A stretch of 64,000 bases of DNA from a phage: the sequence record PZ154895.1; one strand, 5' to 3'. Positions 37,546-47,425 of the stretch are shown piece after piece. The position numbers and the translations under genes are program-made. Below the pieces are notes generated by a model. It worked only from the letters and a program-made list of their open reading frames with translations, did not search any database and was not told the DNA's origin. Numbering within the stretch: the first letter of the stretch is position 1; each line of letters opens with the position of its first letter.

Positions 37546-39359
37546 CAATTGAAAAAGAAATTGAAGGATTGATTCATAAAACTAATAAAGACCTTTTAAA
37601 CGAGAATGCTAATAAAGATTCTCGTGTTTTTCCAACTCAACGGGACCTTATGGCTGGTATTGTGTCTAAACACATTGCCAAAAATATGGTCCCGTCTTTT
37701 ATTATGAAAGCGCATGAAAGCGGAATTATTCATTTCCATGATATTGATTATTCCCCTGCTCTTCCATTTACTAATTGCTGTTTAGTAGATTTAAAAGGAA
37801 TGCTTGAAAACGGATTTAAGCTCGGCAATGCACAGATTGAAACTCCTAAATCAATCGGCGTTGCTACTGCAATTATGGCACAAATTACTGCACAGGTTGC
37901 TTCCCATCAATACGGTGGAACGACTTTTGCGAATGTAGATAAAGTCCTTTCTCCTTATGTTAAACGCACCTATGCAAAACATATTGAGGATGCAGAAAAA
38001 TGGCAAATCGCTGATGCGTTGAATTATGCCCAATCTAAAACAGAAAAAGACGTATACGATGCATTCCAAGCTTATGAATATGAAGTAAATACTCTCTTTA
38101 GTTCAAACGGACAAACGCCTTTTGTAACAATTACATTTGGTACGGGAACTGACTGGACTGAACGAATGATTCAGAAAGCAATTCTGAAAAATCGTATTAA
38201 AGGTCTTGGTCGTGACGGGATAACTCCTATTTTCCCTAAGCTTGTTATGTTCGTTGAAGAGGGTGTTAATCTTTATAAAGACGATCCGAACTATGATATT
38301 AAGCAGCTTGCTTTAGAGTGTGCAAGCAAAAGAATGTATCCTGACATCATTTCGGCTAAGAACAATAAAGCTATCACCGGTTCATCTATTCCTGTTTCTC
38401 CAATGGGTTGTCGTAGTTTCTTGAGTGTATGGAAAGATTCGACTGGTAATGAAATTCTTGATGGACGTAATAATCTTGGTGTTGTAACACTGAATCTTCC
38501 TCGTATTGCATTAGATTCTTATATTGGAACACAGTTCAATGAACAGAAATTTACTGAATTGTTCAATGAGCGAATGGATTTATGTTTTGAAGCATTGATG
38601 TGTAGAATTAGTTCCTTAAAAGGAGTTAAAGCGACTGTTGCTCCTATTCTTTACCAAGAAGGTGCATTCGGGGTTCGTCTTAAACCTGATGACGATATAA
38701 TTGAGTTATTTAAAAACGGTAGAAGTTCAGTGTCCCTAGGATACATCGGTATTCACGAATTGAATATTCTTGTCGGTCGTGATATTGGACAGGAAATTTT
38801 AACTAAAATGAATGCTCGTCTTAAGCAGTGGACTGAAAGAACTGGTTTTGCTTTTAGCTTGTATTCTACTCCTGCTGAAAACCTGTGCTATCGCTTCTGT
38901 AAACTTGATACCGAAAAATATGGAAGTGTAAAGGATGTTACTGATAAAGGCTGGTACACCAACAGTTTCCACGTTTCAGTAGAAGAAAATATTACTCCGT
39001 TTGAAAAGATTTCTCGAGAAGCCCCATATCATTTCATTGCGACAGGTGGTCACATTTCTTATGTTGAACTTCCTGATATGAAAAATAACCTAAAAGGTCT
39101 TGAGGCTGTATGGGATTATGCTGCACAACATTTAGATTATTTTGGTGTTAACATGCCGGTAGATAAATGTTTTACGTGTGGAAGTACCCATGAAATGACT
39201 CCTACTGAAAACGGATTTGTTTGTTCTATTTGTGGAGAAACTGATCCTAAAAAGATGAACACAATAAGAAGAACTTGTGGCTATTTGGGAAATCCGAATG
39301 AACGCGGATTTAATCTTGGCAAAAATAAAGAAATCATGCATAGGGTTAAACACCAATGA
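37542..39359 (+). CDS. nrdD: anaerobic ribonucleoside-triphosphate reductase NrdD, uninterrupted
   Basis: 605 aa; C-terminal glycyl radical region RRTCGYLG and Cys cluster CFTCGS...CSICG. Confidence 0.95.
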   Translation: MTIEKEIEGLIHKTNKDLLNENANKDSRVFPTQRDLMAGIVSKHIAKNMVPSFIMKAHESGIIHFHDIDYSPALPFTNCCLVDLKGMLENGFKLGNAQIETPKSIGVATAIMAQITAQVASHQYGGTTFANVDKVLSPYVKRTYAKHIEDAEKWQIADALNYAQSKTEKDVYDAFQAYEYEVNTLFSSNGQTPFVTITFGTGTDWTERMIQKAILKNRIKGLGRDGITPIFPKLVMFVEEGVNLYKDDPNYDIKQLALECASKRMYPDIISAKNNKAITGSSIPVSPMGCRSFLSVWKDSTGNEILDGRNNLGVVTLNLPRIALDSYIGTQFNEQKFTELFNERMDLCFEALMCRISSLKGVKATVAPILYQEGAFGVRLKPDDDIIELFKNGRSSVSLGYIGIHELNILVGRDIGQEILTKMNARLKQWTERTGFAFSLYSTPAENLCYRFCKLDTEKYGSVKDVTDKGWYTNSFHVSVEENITPFEKISREAPYHFIATGGHISYVELPDMKNNLKGLEAVWDYAAQHLDYFGVNMPVDKCFTCGSTHEMTPTENGFVCSICGETDPKKMNTIRRTCGYLGNPNERGFNLGKNKEIMHRVKHQ

Positions 39360-39826
39360 ATTACGACAGATTTTATCCCTGCGATTTTGTGAATGGCCCT
39401 GGATGCAGGGTCGTTCTTTTCGTTACGGGGTGTTTGCATAAATGTGAAGGGTGTTATAATAAATCAACATGGAATGCTAGAAATGGCGTTCCATTCACTG
39501 GTGAAACACTAGAACAATTAATTGAATGTTTGAATAATGATTATATAGAAGGATTAACTATAACTGGAGGAGACCCTCTTTATCCTGATAACCGGGATGC
39601 TGTTCATTGCATTGTTCAAACAGTAAAAAATCTTTATCCAAATAAAAGCATTTGGTTGTGGACAGGGTATAAGTTTGAAGATATTAAACAACTAGAAATG
39701 CTTAAATATGTTGATGTTATTATTGATGGGAAGTATGAGAAAAATCTTCCGACCAAAAAGCTGTGGCGAGGATCAGATAATCAGCGACTTTGGTCAAATA
39801 CCGATGGGGTGTGGAAACATGATTAA
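39356..39826 (+). CDS. nrdG: anaerobic RNR activating protein NrdG (radical SAM)
   Basis: 156 aa; CxxxCxxC-type motif CLHKCEGC; ATGA-coupled to nrdD. Confidence 0.9.
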   Translation: MNYDRFYPCDFVNGPGCRVVLFVTGCLHKCEGCYNKSTWNARNGVPFTGETLEQLIECLNNDYIEGLTITGGDPLYPDNRDAVHCIVQTVKNLYPNKSIWLWTGYKFEDIKQLEMLKYVDVIIDGKYEKNLPTKKLWRGSDNQRLWSNTDGVWKHD

Positions 39827-39916
39827 ATTGAATTATATTATGGACACTATAAATGATATGATTTTTCATTTTGGTCCAGAATTTTATTCGCAATATAGTT
39901 TAGTGCTTATCAATGC

Positions 39917-40156
39917 TTGGTTAATCAATTAAGGGTAAATATGTATAAATTTCGTAAAGGTTTAGCTGATTTTCTTACAACTGTAACATTCTTTTTGTTT
40001 ATGGCAGTTGGTGCTATTTTTCTTATTCCTTTTATTGTTATATTTTTCGTGATTAGTTTGATTTATCCAGAAAAAGGCTTATCTTCTAGCGAGTTCAATG
40101 AGCGTCTGGATAAAATTACTAACAAACTGAATTCTGTTCTTGACAAAAAGGCTTAA
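39917..40156 (+). CDS. small membrane protein
   Basis: 79 aa with one long hydrophobic helix. Confidence 0.45.
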   Translation: MVNQLRVNMYKFRKGLADFLTTVTFFLFMAVGAIFLIPFIVIFFVISLIYPEKGLSSSEFNERLDKITNKLNSVLDKKA

Positions 40157-40158
40157 TT

Positions 40159-40470
40159 ATGATTAGTTTTGAGCGGTACGTGGTAGAGAGTTGGAAGGGT
40201 TTTGATATGTTCGGTAATGACTATTATTTCTATGAATGTAGTCTAAATCCTAGTTTTTGGGCTGGACGAGAACGAGAACTCGAAGAAATTAATAACCGTG
40301 CTGAATTGTTAGGTGAATTACCTACGGTGTATTTTACCTTTGACGCATCTGGATTTGTTATCCAGGTTTATTTTCCTGAAGAAAATTCTGGCGATGATTC
40401 TGTTAACCCGCCATACTGGGCTTATCAAGGAATTATTTCTCGTGGAACAAAACTCGAACTTAAAGAATAA
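40159..40470 (+). CDS. hypothetical protein
   Basis: 103 aa. Confidence 0.45.
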   Translation: MISFERYVVESWKGFDMFGNDYYFYECSLNPSFWAGRERELEEINNRAELLGELPTVYFTFDASGFVIQVYFPEENSGDDSVNPPYWAYQGIISRGTKLELKE

Positions 40471-40765
40471 GATTGAAGTCTATGGAATTCCAGATGAAGT
40501 AGGTCGTTGTCCTGGATGTCAATCAGTTACAAAACTTCTAAAGGAGCTCAATGCTCCTTTTACTTTCTATAAAGTTCTTACAAATAATGGTAAGATTGAG
40601 TATGATCGTCCACTAATTGTATCTCTTGCTAAACGAGCTGGATTCACATCTCTTAACATTCGTTATCCAGTCATTTTCATTAATGATTCTAGACAAAAGA
40701 ACATTAAACACTTCAAAGAAACTCTCATTTCACTTGGATATGATAGAGATATCATAGAAGACTAA
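40394..40765 (+). CDS. glutaredoxin/NrdH-like redoxin; start codon uncertain (ATG 40394 or GTG 40442)
   Basis: thioredoxin-fold signature KIEVYGIPDEVGRCPGC; reading frame overlaps upstream ORF end. Confidence 0.55.
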   Translation: MILLTRHTGLIKELFLVEQNSNLKNKIEVYGIPDEVGRCPGCQSVTKLLKELNAPFTFYKVLTNNGKIEYDRPLIVSLAKRAGFTSLNIRYPVIFINDSRQKNIKHFKETLISLGYDRDIIED

Positions 40766-40767
40766 GA

Positions 40768-40790
40768 CGGGCCCTCTGGGCCTTTCTTTC
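40768..40790 (+). terminator. rho-independent terminator
   Basis: ggccc-tct-gggcc followed by TTTCTTT. Confidence 0.55.
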
Positions 40791-40861
40791 TCACATTCTG
40801 TATATTACCATTCTAACTATCATTCACTTCTTATCATTCCCTAAAATAATTTCACAAAGTT

Positions 40862-40891
40862 GTTTACAACAAGTTCAAACTGTGGTATTAT
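40862..40891 (+). promoter_or_regulatory. early promoter GTTTACA-N17-TATTAT
   Basis: 27 nt upstream block identical to 8744-8770. Confidence 0.55.
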
Positions 40892-40921
40892 TAACATATG
40901 AATTGCCTTTGAGGATTTGAT

Positions 40922-41104
40922 ATGGTTGTGGTTGATAAAGAAATTAAAAAGGGACAATATTATTTTATTAATGGTAATGTTGTTCGTGTTACTTACGTAA
41001 ACGGTTTTGAAGTTTATTATCTTATACTCAAGTTACATAAACAGATGATTTGTGATCGTGCTGTATTTAGTTCAGTTGCTAAGGAAATTAAACTCCATGG
41101 GTAA
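40922..41104 (+). CDS. hypothetical protein
   Basis: 60 aa; early promoter at 40863-40891. Confidence 0.4.
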   Translation: MVVVDKEIKKGQYYFINGNVVRVTYVNGFEVYYLILKLHKQMICDRAVFSSVAKEIKLHG

Positions 41105-41390
41105 AACGTATCGTCGTAAAGATTTAAAAGTACGTGATTATGACTATTTTGGAAAGCGCAAAGCTCCTGATGGTGTAAGTCATAAAGATATGGTTGAAAA
41201 CATTTTTCGCTCTGATAAATGGCGTAGAATGAAAGGCATTGATTCAGAAGTTAAAGATGAGCTAAATCGTCAATTACGTAGTGAAGTAAGAAAGTTGAAA
41301 AAATCAGTTTACATTGACGATGATTTTGATTATAATACTTCTCAACGAGTTGCTAAGCGTAAATCAAACGAGTGCTATCGTTACAGCTGA
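41097..41390 (+). CDS. hypothetical basic protein
   Basis: 98 aa from ATG 41097. Confidence 0.45.
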   Translation: MGKTYRRKDLKVRDYDYFGKRKAPDGVSHKDMVENIFRSDKWRRMKGIDSEVKDELNRQLRSEVRKLKKSVYIDDDFDYNTSQRVAKRKSNECYRYS

Positions 41391-41397
41391 GGAAAAT

Positions 41398-41529
41398 ATG
41401 AATATCAAACGAATGCTTTTTAAACAAGGATTATACACTTTAAATGTTGCTCCAAAAGGTGATACGACTAAGTGGTCAATAAATGACTGGATTAAATTCA
41501 TTGATGAAAACGGTAACTGGAAAATTTAA
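41398..41529 (+). CDS. hypothetical small protein
   Basis: 43 aa with SD GAGGAAAA. Confidence 0.35.
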   Translation: MNIKRMLFKQGLYTLNVAPKGDTTKWSINDWIKFIDENGNWKI

Positions 41530-41730
41530 ATGAATCCTGAATCTAAATTATCGCAACGAATTGCTGAAGCTCGTCGCCAGTTCTTTGAAAATATGATATC
41601 TCAAGGTATTGATGACGAAGTTTTTCTAAACTGGTTTTGGAATCACAAATATTCAAGTTGCTCAGGAGCAATATTAATATCAGCCGCAATGATGTACGAA
41701 GGCTGGAAGGGTGCCAAGAAGTTTAGCTAA
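41530..41730 (+). CDS. hypothetical protein
   Basis: 66 aa; terminator at 41731-41747. Confidence 0.45.
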   Translation: MNPESKLSQRIAEARRQFFENMISQGIDDEVFLNWFWNHKYSSCSGAILISAAMMYEGWKGAKKFS

Positions 41731-41747
41731 GGGCTTCGGCCCTTTTT
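41731..41747 (+). terminator. rho-independent terminator
   Basis: GGGC-TTCG-GCCC followed by TTTTT. Confidence 0.75.
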
Positions 41748-41782
41748 GGATAATAAAATTTTAATGTAATTGAGGATAATGT

Positions 41783-42109
41783 ATGACTATTCAAATTAAA
41801 AACGCCATCAATTCTTACGCATATGATAAAGTAGTTTCTTTGCTAGAAAAAGGCGATATTGTAACTCCTCAAATTTTGGATAAATGGGAAAAAGAGCTTC
41901 ATCAGACGATGAAACAGAATGATCAGAAAATTGGACGCAATACTGTCCGTGAATTGTTGGTTCAATATATCTTGTCAGAATTTGATGTTAAAGCTTTTGG
42001 TGTAGAATCTAAAGCTTATCAAAAACATGAAATTTCCGATAAAACTATTCGTCGTATGAAAAATCAACGCAAGAAAAAATTTGCTGACCTGAAAATTGCT
42101 AAGGTATGA
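41783..42109 (+). CDS. hypothetical protein
   Basis: 108 aa. Confidence 0.45.
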   Translation: MTIQIKNAINSYAYDKVVSLLEKGDIVTPQILDKWEKELHQTMKQNDQKIGRNTVRELLVQYILSEFDVKAFGVESKAYQKHEISDKTIRRMKNQRKKKFADLKIAKV

Positions 42110-42327
42110 ATATGAACGAAGCTCTTATTAACGATTTGCGTCTTGCCGGATATGAAGTAAATACAAATGGCATTGGTTTAACTCAAATTGAAGGAAATGG
42201 ATTCATCCTTGAGTATGAATTTAGCCAATGGTGGTTATACGCTAATTATGGCGAATTGATTGAATACGTTGACCAATTTGATTCACTAGATGCAGCTCTT
42301 GAAGCGGCTAAGTTGATGAATGTATGA
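42106..42327 (+). CDS. hypothetical protein
   Basis: 73 aa, ATGA coupling. Confidence 0.45.
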   Translation: MNMNEALINDLRLAGYEVNTNGIGLTQIEGNGFILEYEFSQWWLYANYGELIEYVDQFDSLDAALEAAKLMNV

Positions 42328-42593
42328 AATTTATTAATATTTCTATTACTATTGAAAATTATGGAATTTTCTATGTTGATCAATACATGAAAATTTCATT
42401 TTTCCCAAATAAGACTGGTGTTGGATATTGGGAAAGCCATGTTTCTGAATTAAATGAAAGTGAATATGCTAGCACACATGAAAAGTTTTTAGACTTTTTA
42501 TATCATGCTGATTTAACTAGTCATTATATAGATATTCATGAATTTAAAAAGATGATGGAGAAAGTGTTCCAAGCATACTGCTTACTTAGATAA
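42324..42593 (+). CDS. hypothetical protein
   Basis: 89 aa. Confidence 0.45.
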   Translation: MKFINISITIENYGIFYVDQYMKISFFPNKTGVGYWESHVSELNESEYASTHEKFLDFLYHADLTSHYIDIHEFKKMMEKVFQAYCLLR

Positions 42594-42671
42594 CTGATAT
42601 CCTCTATGCTTTAAGATAGATCTTCAAATATTATGATATAATAGATCTATGAATTGAGCTAAGAGGTGAAA

Positions 42672-43229
42672 ATGTCAGAAACTAAGCCTAAATATAATTA
42701 CGTAAACAATAAAGAGCTTTTACAAGCTATTATTGATTGGAAAACAGAATTAGCAAATAATAAAGACCCAAATAAAGTAGTTCGTCAGAATGATACTATC
42801 GGATTAGCCATTATGCTTATTGCAGAAGGTTTATCTAAACGTTTCAACTTTTCAGGATACACCCAGTCTTGGAAACAAGAAATGATTGCAGATGGTATAG
42901 AAGCTTCTATTAAAGGACTTCATAATTTTGATGAAACGAAATATAAAAACCCACATGCATATATAACTCAAGCTTGTTTTAATGCATTCGTCCAACGTAT
43001 TAAAAAAGAACGTAAGGAAGTTGCAAAGAAATACAGTTACTTCGTTCACAATGTCTATGACAGTCGTGACGACGATATGGTTGCGTTAGTAGATGAAACT
43101 TTTATTCAAGACATCTACGATAAAATGACGCATTACGAAGAATCAACCTATAGAACACCGGGGGCTGAAAAGAAAAGTGTTGTAGACGATTCTCCTAGTT
43201 TGGATTTTTTATATGAGGCTAACGATTAA
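42672..43229 (+). CDS. 55: late-transcription sigma factor gp55
   Basis: 185 aa beginning [23 protein letters not shown]; matches T4 gp55 as recalled. Confidence 0.92.
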
Positions 43230-43431
43230 CCTCTCCGGATTCTTGGAAGAAATACCTGAAGTTGAAGCTATTCCCTATTTACTTAAAATGTATCTCAGGG
43301 AAGTTTTAGCTCTTGACATTGATATTGATCCAGAAAATCCGTATGATACCGCTTTTAAATCTAATGGTGTAGAATTAAACTATCGGTATCATTTAACAGA
43401 TGATGATTTTTATTTTATATTAGAGAAATAA
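43213..43431 (+). CDS. hypothetical protein
   Basis: 72 aa. Confidence 0.4.
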
Positions 43432-43432
43432 T

Positions 43433-43750
43433 ATGACTGATAAACCCGAAATTAATGATGAAGTGGAAAAGCTTATTTCTTCTATTGAAGAAAAGAACCG
43501 TCTTGAAGCAGAAAGAAAAGCAAATAAGTTATTGTCTAAAAATAAACGCGAACTGAACCGTCTTTATAAGCACGCTCAGATTGCAGCTGAAAACAATAAT
43601 TTCGCTCAATACGAATATGCTATCAAGAAAAGTCGGGATATTCTAAAACAGCCATATAACGATGAACTCATTAGTATTCTTTGGAAGACTACTAGATCGC
43701 AGATTGAGGATATGATTGATGCTTACACGCGTAAAATTCAAGCGTCTTAA
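43433..43750 (+). CDS. hypothetical coiled-coil protein
   Basis: 105 aa. Confidence 0.45.
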   Translation: MTDKPEINDEVEKLISSIEEKNRLEAERKANKLLSKNKRELNRLYKHAQIAAENNNFAQYEYAIKKSRDILKQPYNDELISILWKTTRSQIEDMIDAYTRKIQAS

Positions 43751-43922
43751 AATTAATGCAGGATTTACTGAATCTTTGAATGGTCATCTTTGCGTGAAAA
43801 TTTCTGAAAAAGAATACCATGATAGTTCAATTAAAGAAGTTAATCCTCCTATTGTAAGAGCAGACCCTAATATGAAAGTGTGGGTTGATTCCTATCAAGT
43901 CAAAAAATGGTGGCAGCTGTGA
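43716..43922 (+). CDS. hypothetical protein
   Basis: 68 aa. Confidence 0.4.
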   Translation: MMLTRVKFKRLKINAGFTESLNGHLCVKISEKEYHDSSIKEVNPPIVRADPNMKVWVDSYQVKKWWQL

Positions 43923-44115
43923 AAGATGAACACCCAGACTTCTGAAATAGATTATAATAAAATTCGTTCCTCTAAAGTAGAAATGATGAGGCGCTTTAAA
44001 GAGTCTCATGATAAAGCTAAAGCAGAAGGAACTATAACACATAAACGTATAAAATTTAGAAGCTCTAATGAGCCTCTGTATGGCGTATTATGTGGATAGG
44101 AGCTTCGGCTCCTAT

Positions 44116-44141
44116 ATTGCTTTACAAATTTTTGGTAAAAT
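44116..44141 (+). promoter_or_regulatory. candidate MotA-dependent middle promoter for a-gt
   Basis: MotA-box-like ATTGCTTTA followed by -10 TAAAAT at appropriate spacing. Confidence 0.45.
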
Positions 44142-44165
44142 AAACCAAAACAATGAGGATATTAA

Positions 44166-45368
44166 ATGAAAGTATGCATTTTTATGGCTCGAGGTCTTGA
44201 AGGTTGTGGCGTAACTAAATTTTCTCTTGAGCAACGTGATTGGTTTATTAAAAATGGTCATGAAGTAACTTTGGTTTATGCTAAAGATAAATCATTTACT
44301 CGTAATTGCGCACATGATTATAAGTCATTTTCAATTCCGGTTTTATTGGCAAAAGAATACGATAAAACACTTAAGTTGGTAAATGATTGTGATATTCTAA
44401 TTATCAATTCAGTTCCTGCTACTTCAGTAGAAGAAGACACTATTAATAACTATAAAAAAATTATTGATAACATTAAACCTTCAGTTCGTGTTGTAGTTTA
44501 TCAGCATGACCATTCTTCTCTTTCTTTGCGCCGAAATTTGGGATTAGAAGAAACTGTTCGTCGAGCTGATGTTATTTTTAGTCATTCTGATAATGGTGAT
44601 TTTAATAAAGTTCTGATGAAAGAATGGTATCCGGAAACTGTTTCTCTGTTTGATGATATTGAAGAAGCACCGACCGTATATAACTTTCAGCCTCCTATGG
44701 ATATTGCGAAGGTTCGATCAACTTACTGGAAAGATGTTTCTGAAATTAACATGAATATCAACCGTTGGATTGGTCGTACTACTACATGGAAAGGCTTTTA
44801 TCAGATGTTTGATTTTCACGAAAAACATCTTAAACCTGCAGGACTAAGTACTATTATGGAAGGTCTGGAACGTTCTCCAGCGTTCATTCCTATTAAAGAA
44901 AAAGGAATTCCATACGAGTATTATCGTCTTCATCAAGTAGACCAAATTAAAATTGCTCCTAATTTGCCAACGCAAATTCTCGACCGTTATGTAAATAGCG
45001 AAATGCTTGAACGCATGAGTAAATCCGGATTTGGTTATCAGCTGAGTAAATTAGATAAAAAATATCTACAACGTTCTTTAGAATATACTCATCTCGAGCT
45101 TGGTGCATGCGGAACAATTCCAGTATTTTGGAAATCTACTGGCGAAAATTTAAAATTCCGTGTTGATAATACTCCGTTAATTTCTCATGATAGCGGTATC
45201 GTTTGGTTTGATGAAAATGACATGGAATCAACATTTGAGCGTATTAAAGAACTGTCATCTGACCGAGCTCTTTATGACCGTGAACGCGAAAAAGCTTATG
45301 AATTTTTGTATCAGCATCAAGATTCAAGCTTCTGCTTTAAAGAACAGTTTGACATTATTACAAAATAA
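44166..45368 (+). CDS. a-gt: DNA alpha-glucosyltransferase
   Basis: 400 aa beginning MKVCIFMARGLEGCGVTKFSLEQRDWFIKNGHEV; matches T4 AGT as recalled; MotA-box promoter upstream. Confidence 0.95.
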   Translation: MKVCIFMARGLEGCGVTKFSLEQRDWFIKNGHEVTLVYAKDKSFTRNCAHDYKSFSIPVLLAKEYDKTLKLVNDCDILIINSVPATSVEEDTINNYKKIIDNIKPSVRVVVYQHDHSSLSLRRNLGLEETVRRADVIFSHSDNGDFNKVLMKEWYPETVSLFDDIEEAPTVYNFQPPMDIAKVRSTYWKDVSEINMNINRWIGRTTTWKGFYQMFDFHEKHLKPAGLSTIMEGLERSPAFIPIKEKGIPYEYYRLHQVDQIKIAPNLPTQILDRYVNSEMLERMSKSGFGYQLSKLDKKYLQRSLEYTHLELGACGTIPVFWKSTGENLKFRVDNTPLISHDSGIVWFDENDMESTFERIKELSSDRALYDREREKAYEFLYQHQDSSFCFKEQFDIITK

Positions 45369-45369
45369 A

Positions 45370-45384
45370 GGGCTTCGGCCCTTT
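45370..45384 (+). terminator. rho-independent terminator after a-gt
   Basis: GGGC-TTCG-GCCC followed by TTT. Confidence 0.65.
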
Positions 45385-45544
45385 AGCTTTATACGGAGTT
45401 TGATATAATGATATTTCTTGGATATGTGATACTTTTTCTAGCGTTTTATTTGTTCACCAGAGCATGTTGGATTGGGTTCTTTAGTACTCCAGATGGATTT
45501 ATTTCAATAATTTTATTTTGCATTTCAATGACGGTTCTTGATAT

Positions 45545-46168
45545 ATGAAAAAATATATAACTTATTTAACAATATATAGTGGAGATAAACTTCCTCCTTT
45601 TTATATTGGATCTACATCTTTAGACAGGCATTTAGCCGGATATCATGGATCAGTTTTATCTAAAAAGTATAAGAAAATTTATAATGAAGAACTTTCAAAT
45701 AACCCACATTTATTTGATTCATGCATTTTAGATGAATTTGATACACGCGAAGAAGCTATTAAATGCGAGCTATATTATCAACGTTTGCATGATGCGGTTA
45801 AAAATCCATTATTCTTTAATATGTCATATGCTGCTCCAAAAGGTTCATTTGGAAGAGATATTAAAGGACAAAATCATCCATTATATGGTTCTCATAATTG
45901 TAAAGGAAACATACATTCACATGACCCATTAACAGGAAAATCTGCCTTTTTACCGTATATTCCAGAAGGTTATGTAAAAGGAAGGTCAAATAAATTTAAA
46001 GCTTCATCACATAATAAAGGTAAAAAATGGTATAATAACGGAGTTAAGCAAATGTTATGTCATGAACCTCCTGGTCCTGAATGGACAAAAGGAAAAATTA
46101 AAGAACTAGTTTCAAAAGCAGCTAAATTAGGATGGAAAAGACACCATGAAAATACTAAACTTGGGTGA
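45545..46168 (+). CDS. GIY-YIG family homing endonuclease-like protein (seg-like)
   Basis: 207 aa; N-terminal ITYLTIYS...FYIGSTS; inserted between a-gt and gene 47. Confidence 0.65.
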   Translation: MKKYITYLTIYSGDKLPPFYIGSTSLDRHLAGYHGSVLSKKYKKIYNEELSNNPHLFDSCILDEFDTREEAIKCELYYQRLHDAVKNPLFFNMSYAAPKGSFGRDIKGQNHPLYGSHNCKGNIHSHDPLTGKSAFLPYIPEGYVKGRSNKFKASSHNKGKKWYNNGVKQMLCHEPPGPEWTKGKIKELVSKAAKLGWKRHHENTKLG

Positions 46169-47165
46169 TTGGCATTTAGGCGTTAAAGCTGATGATGAAT
46201 GGATTCGCGGTATTCAAATTGATGGAATTAAGCAAGCGATAGAATATTCTAAGAAAAATGGAATTACTGTATGGATTCAATACGGTGATATTTTTGATGT
46301 ACGAAAAGCGATCACGCATAAAACTATGGAGTTTGCCCGTGAAATAGTTCAAATGCTTGATGCCGCTGGAATCACATTACATACTATTGTAGGAAATCAC
46401 GATCTCCACTATAAAAATGTAATGCATCCAAATGCTTCTACTGAGCTTTTGGCTAAATATCCTAATGTTAAAGTATATGATAAGCCTACTACAGTAGATT
46501 TTGACGGATGTTTGATTGATTTAATTCCTTGGATGTGTGAAGAAAATACCGGTGAAATTCTTGAACACATCAAAACTTCATCTGCTTCTTTTTGTGTCGG
46601 TCACTGGGAGCTGAATGGATTTTATTTTTATAAAGGAATGAAATCTCACGGTCTTGAACCTGATTTCCTTAAGACTTATAAAGAGGTGTGGTCTGGTCAC
46701 TTCCATACTATCTCTGAGGCTGCTAACGTCAGATATATTGGGACACCATGGACACTAACTGCAGGTGACGAGAATGACCCTCGTGGGTTCTGGGTGTTTG
46801 ATACAGAAACAGAACGAATGGAATTTATTCCAAACAACACTACCTGGCATCGTCGAATTCAATATCCATTTAAGGGAAAAATTGACTATAAAGATTTTAC
46901 AAATCTATCAGTGCGTGTTATAGTAACTGAAGTAGACAAAAATCTAACGAAGTTCGAATCTGAACTAGAAAAAGTTGTGCATTCATTACGAGTTGTGTCA
47001 AAGATTGATAACTCTGTCGAGTCAGATGATAGTGAAGAAGTTGAAGTTCAATCTCTTCAGACATTGATGGAAGAATACATTAATGCAATTCCAGACATCA
47101 CTGATTCTGACCGTGAAGCACTTATTCAATATGCAAATCAGTTATATGTAGAGGCAACACAATGA
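46146..47165 (+). CDS. 47: recombination endonuclease subunit gp47 (Mre11-like)
   Basis: 339 aa; phosphoesterase motifs (GDWHLG, GNHD). Confidence 0.9.
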   Translation: MKILNLGDWHLGVKADDEWIRGIQIDGIKQAIEYSKKNGITVWIQYGDIFDVRKAITHKTMEFAREIVQMLDAAGITLHTIVGNHDLHYKNVMHPNASTELLAKYPNVKVYDKPTTVDFDGCLIDLIPWMCEENTGEILEHIKTSSASFCVGHWELNGFYFYKGMKSHGLEPDFLKTYKEVWSGHFHTISEAANVRYIGTPWTLTAGDENDPRGFWVFDTETERMEFIPNNTTWHRRIQYPFKGKIDYKDFTNLSVRVIVTEVDKNLTKFESELEKVVHSLRVVSKIDNSVESDDSEEVEVQSLQTLMEEYINAIPDITDSDREALIQYANQLYVEATQ

Positions 47166-47425
47166 CTTTTGATGAATTTAAAAATGATATGATGAGTCAG
47201 CATTTTGAATGCGAAGTAAAAGATGATATTGGGCATAAAGAAATTATTGAATATTGGTTTGAACCGCTAGAAGTTGAAGATAATTGTATTAAAAAGGTTA
47301 CGGTCTGTACTGACTGGGCTGTATCTTTTAACTTCAACATTTTAGATAATGACACACCTAAATCATTACAAGATATGGCTGTATCTTGTATTAAGGATGC
47401 ATACTGTGAAGTTTTCGACATTTGA
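47162..47425 (+). CDS. hypothetical protein
   Basis: 87 aa between 47 and 46. Confidence 0.45.
   Translation: MTFDEFKNDMMSQHFECEVKDDIGHKEIIEYWFEPLEVEDNCIKKVTVCTDWAVSFNFNILDNDTPKSLQDMAVSCIKDAYCEVFDI

Noticed and set aside
37542-39359. Looked for a group I intron or intron-encoded endonuclease in nrdD
   Set aside because: The ORF is continuous at 605 aa with no internal stop-rich insert.
43926-44099. 57-codon ORF between 43716-43922 and a-gt
   Set aside because: Weak ribosome-binding context and no recognisable features; left unannotated.
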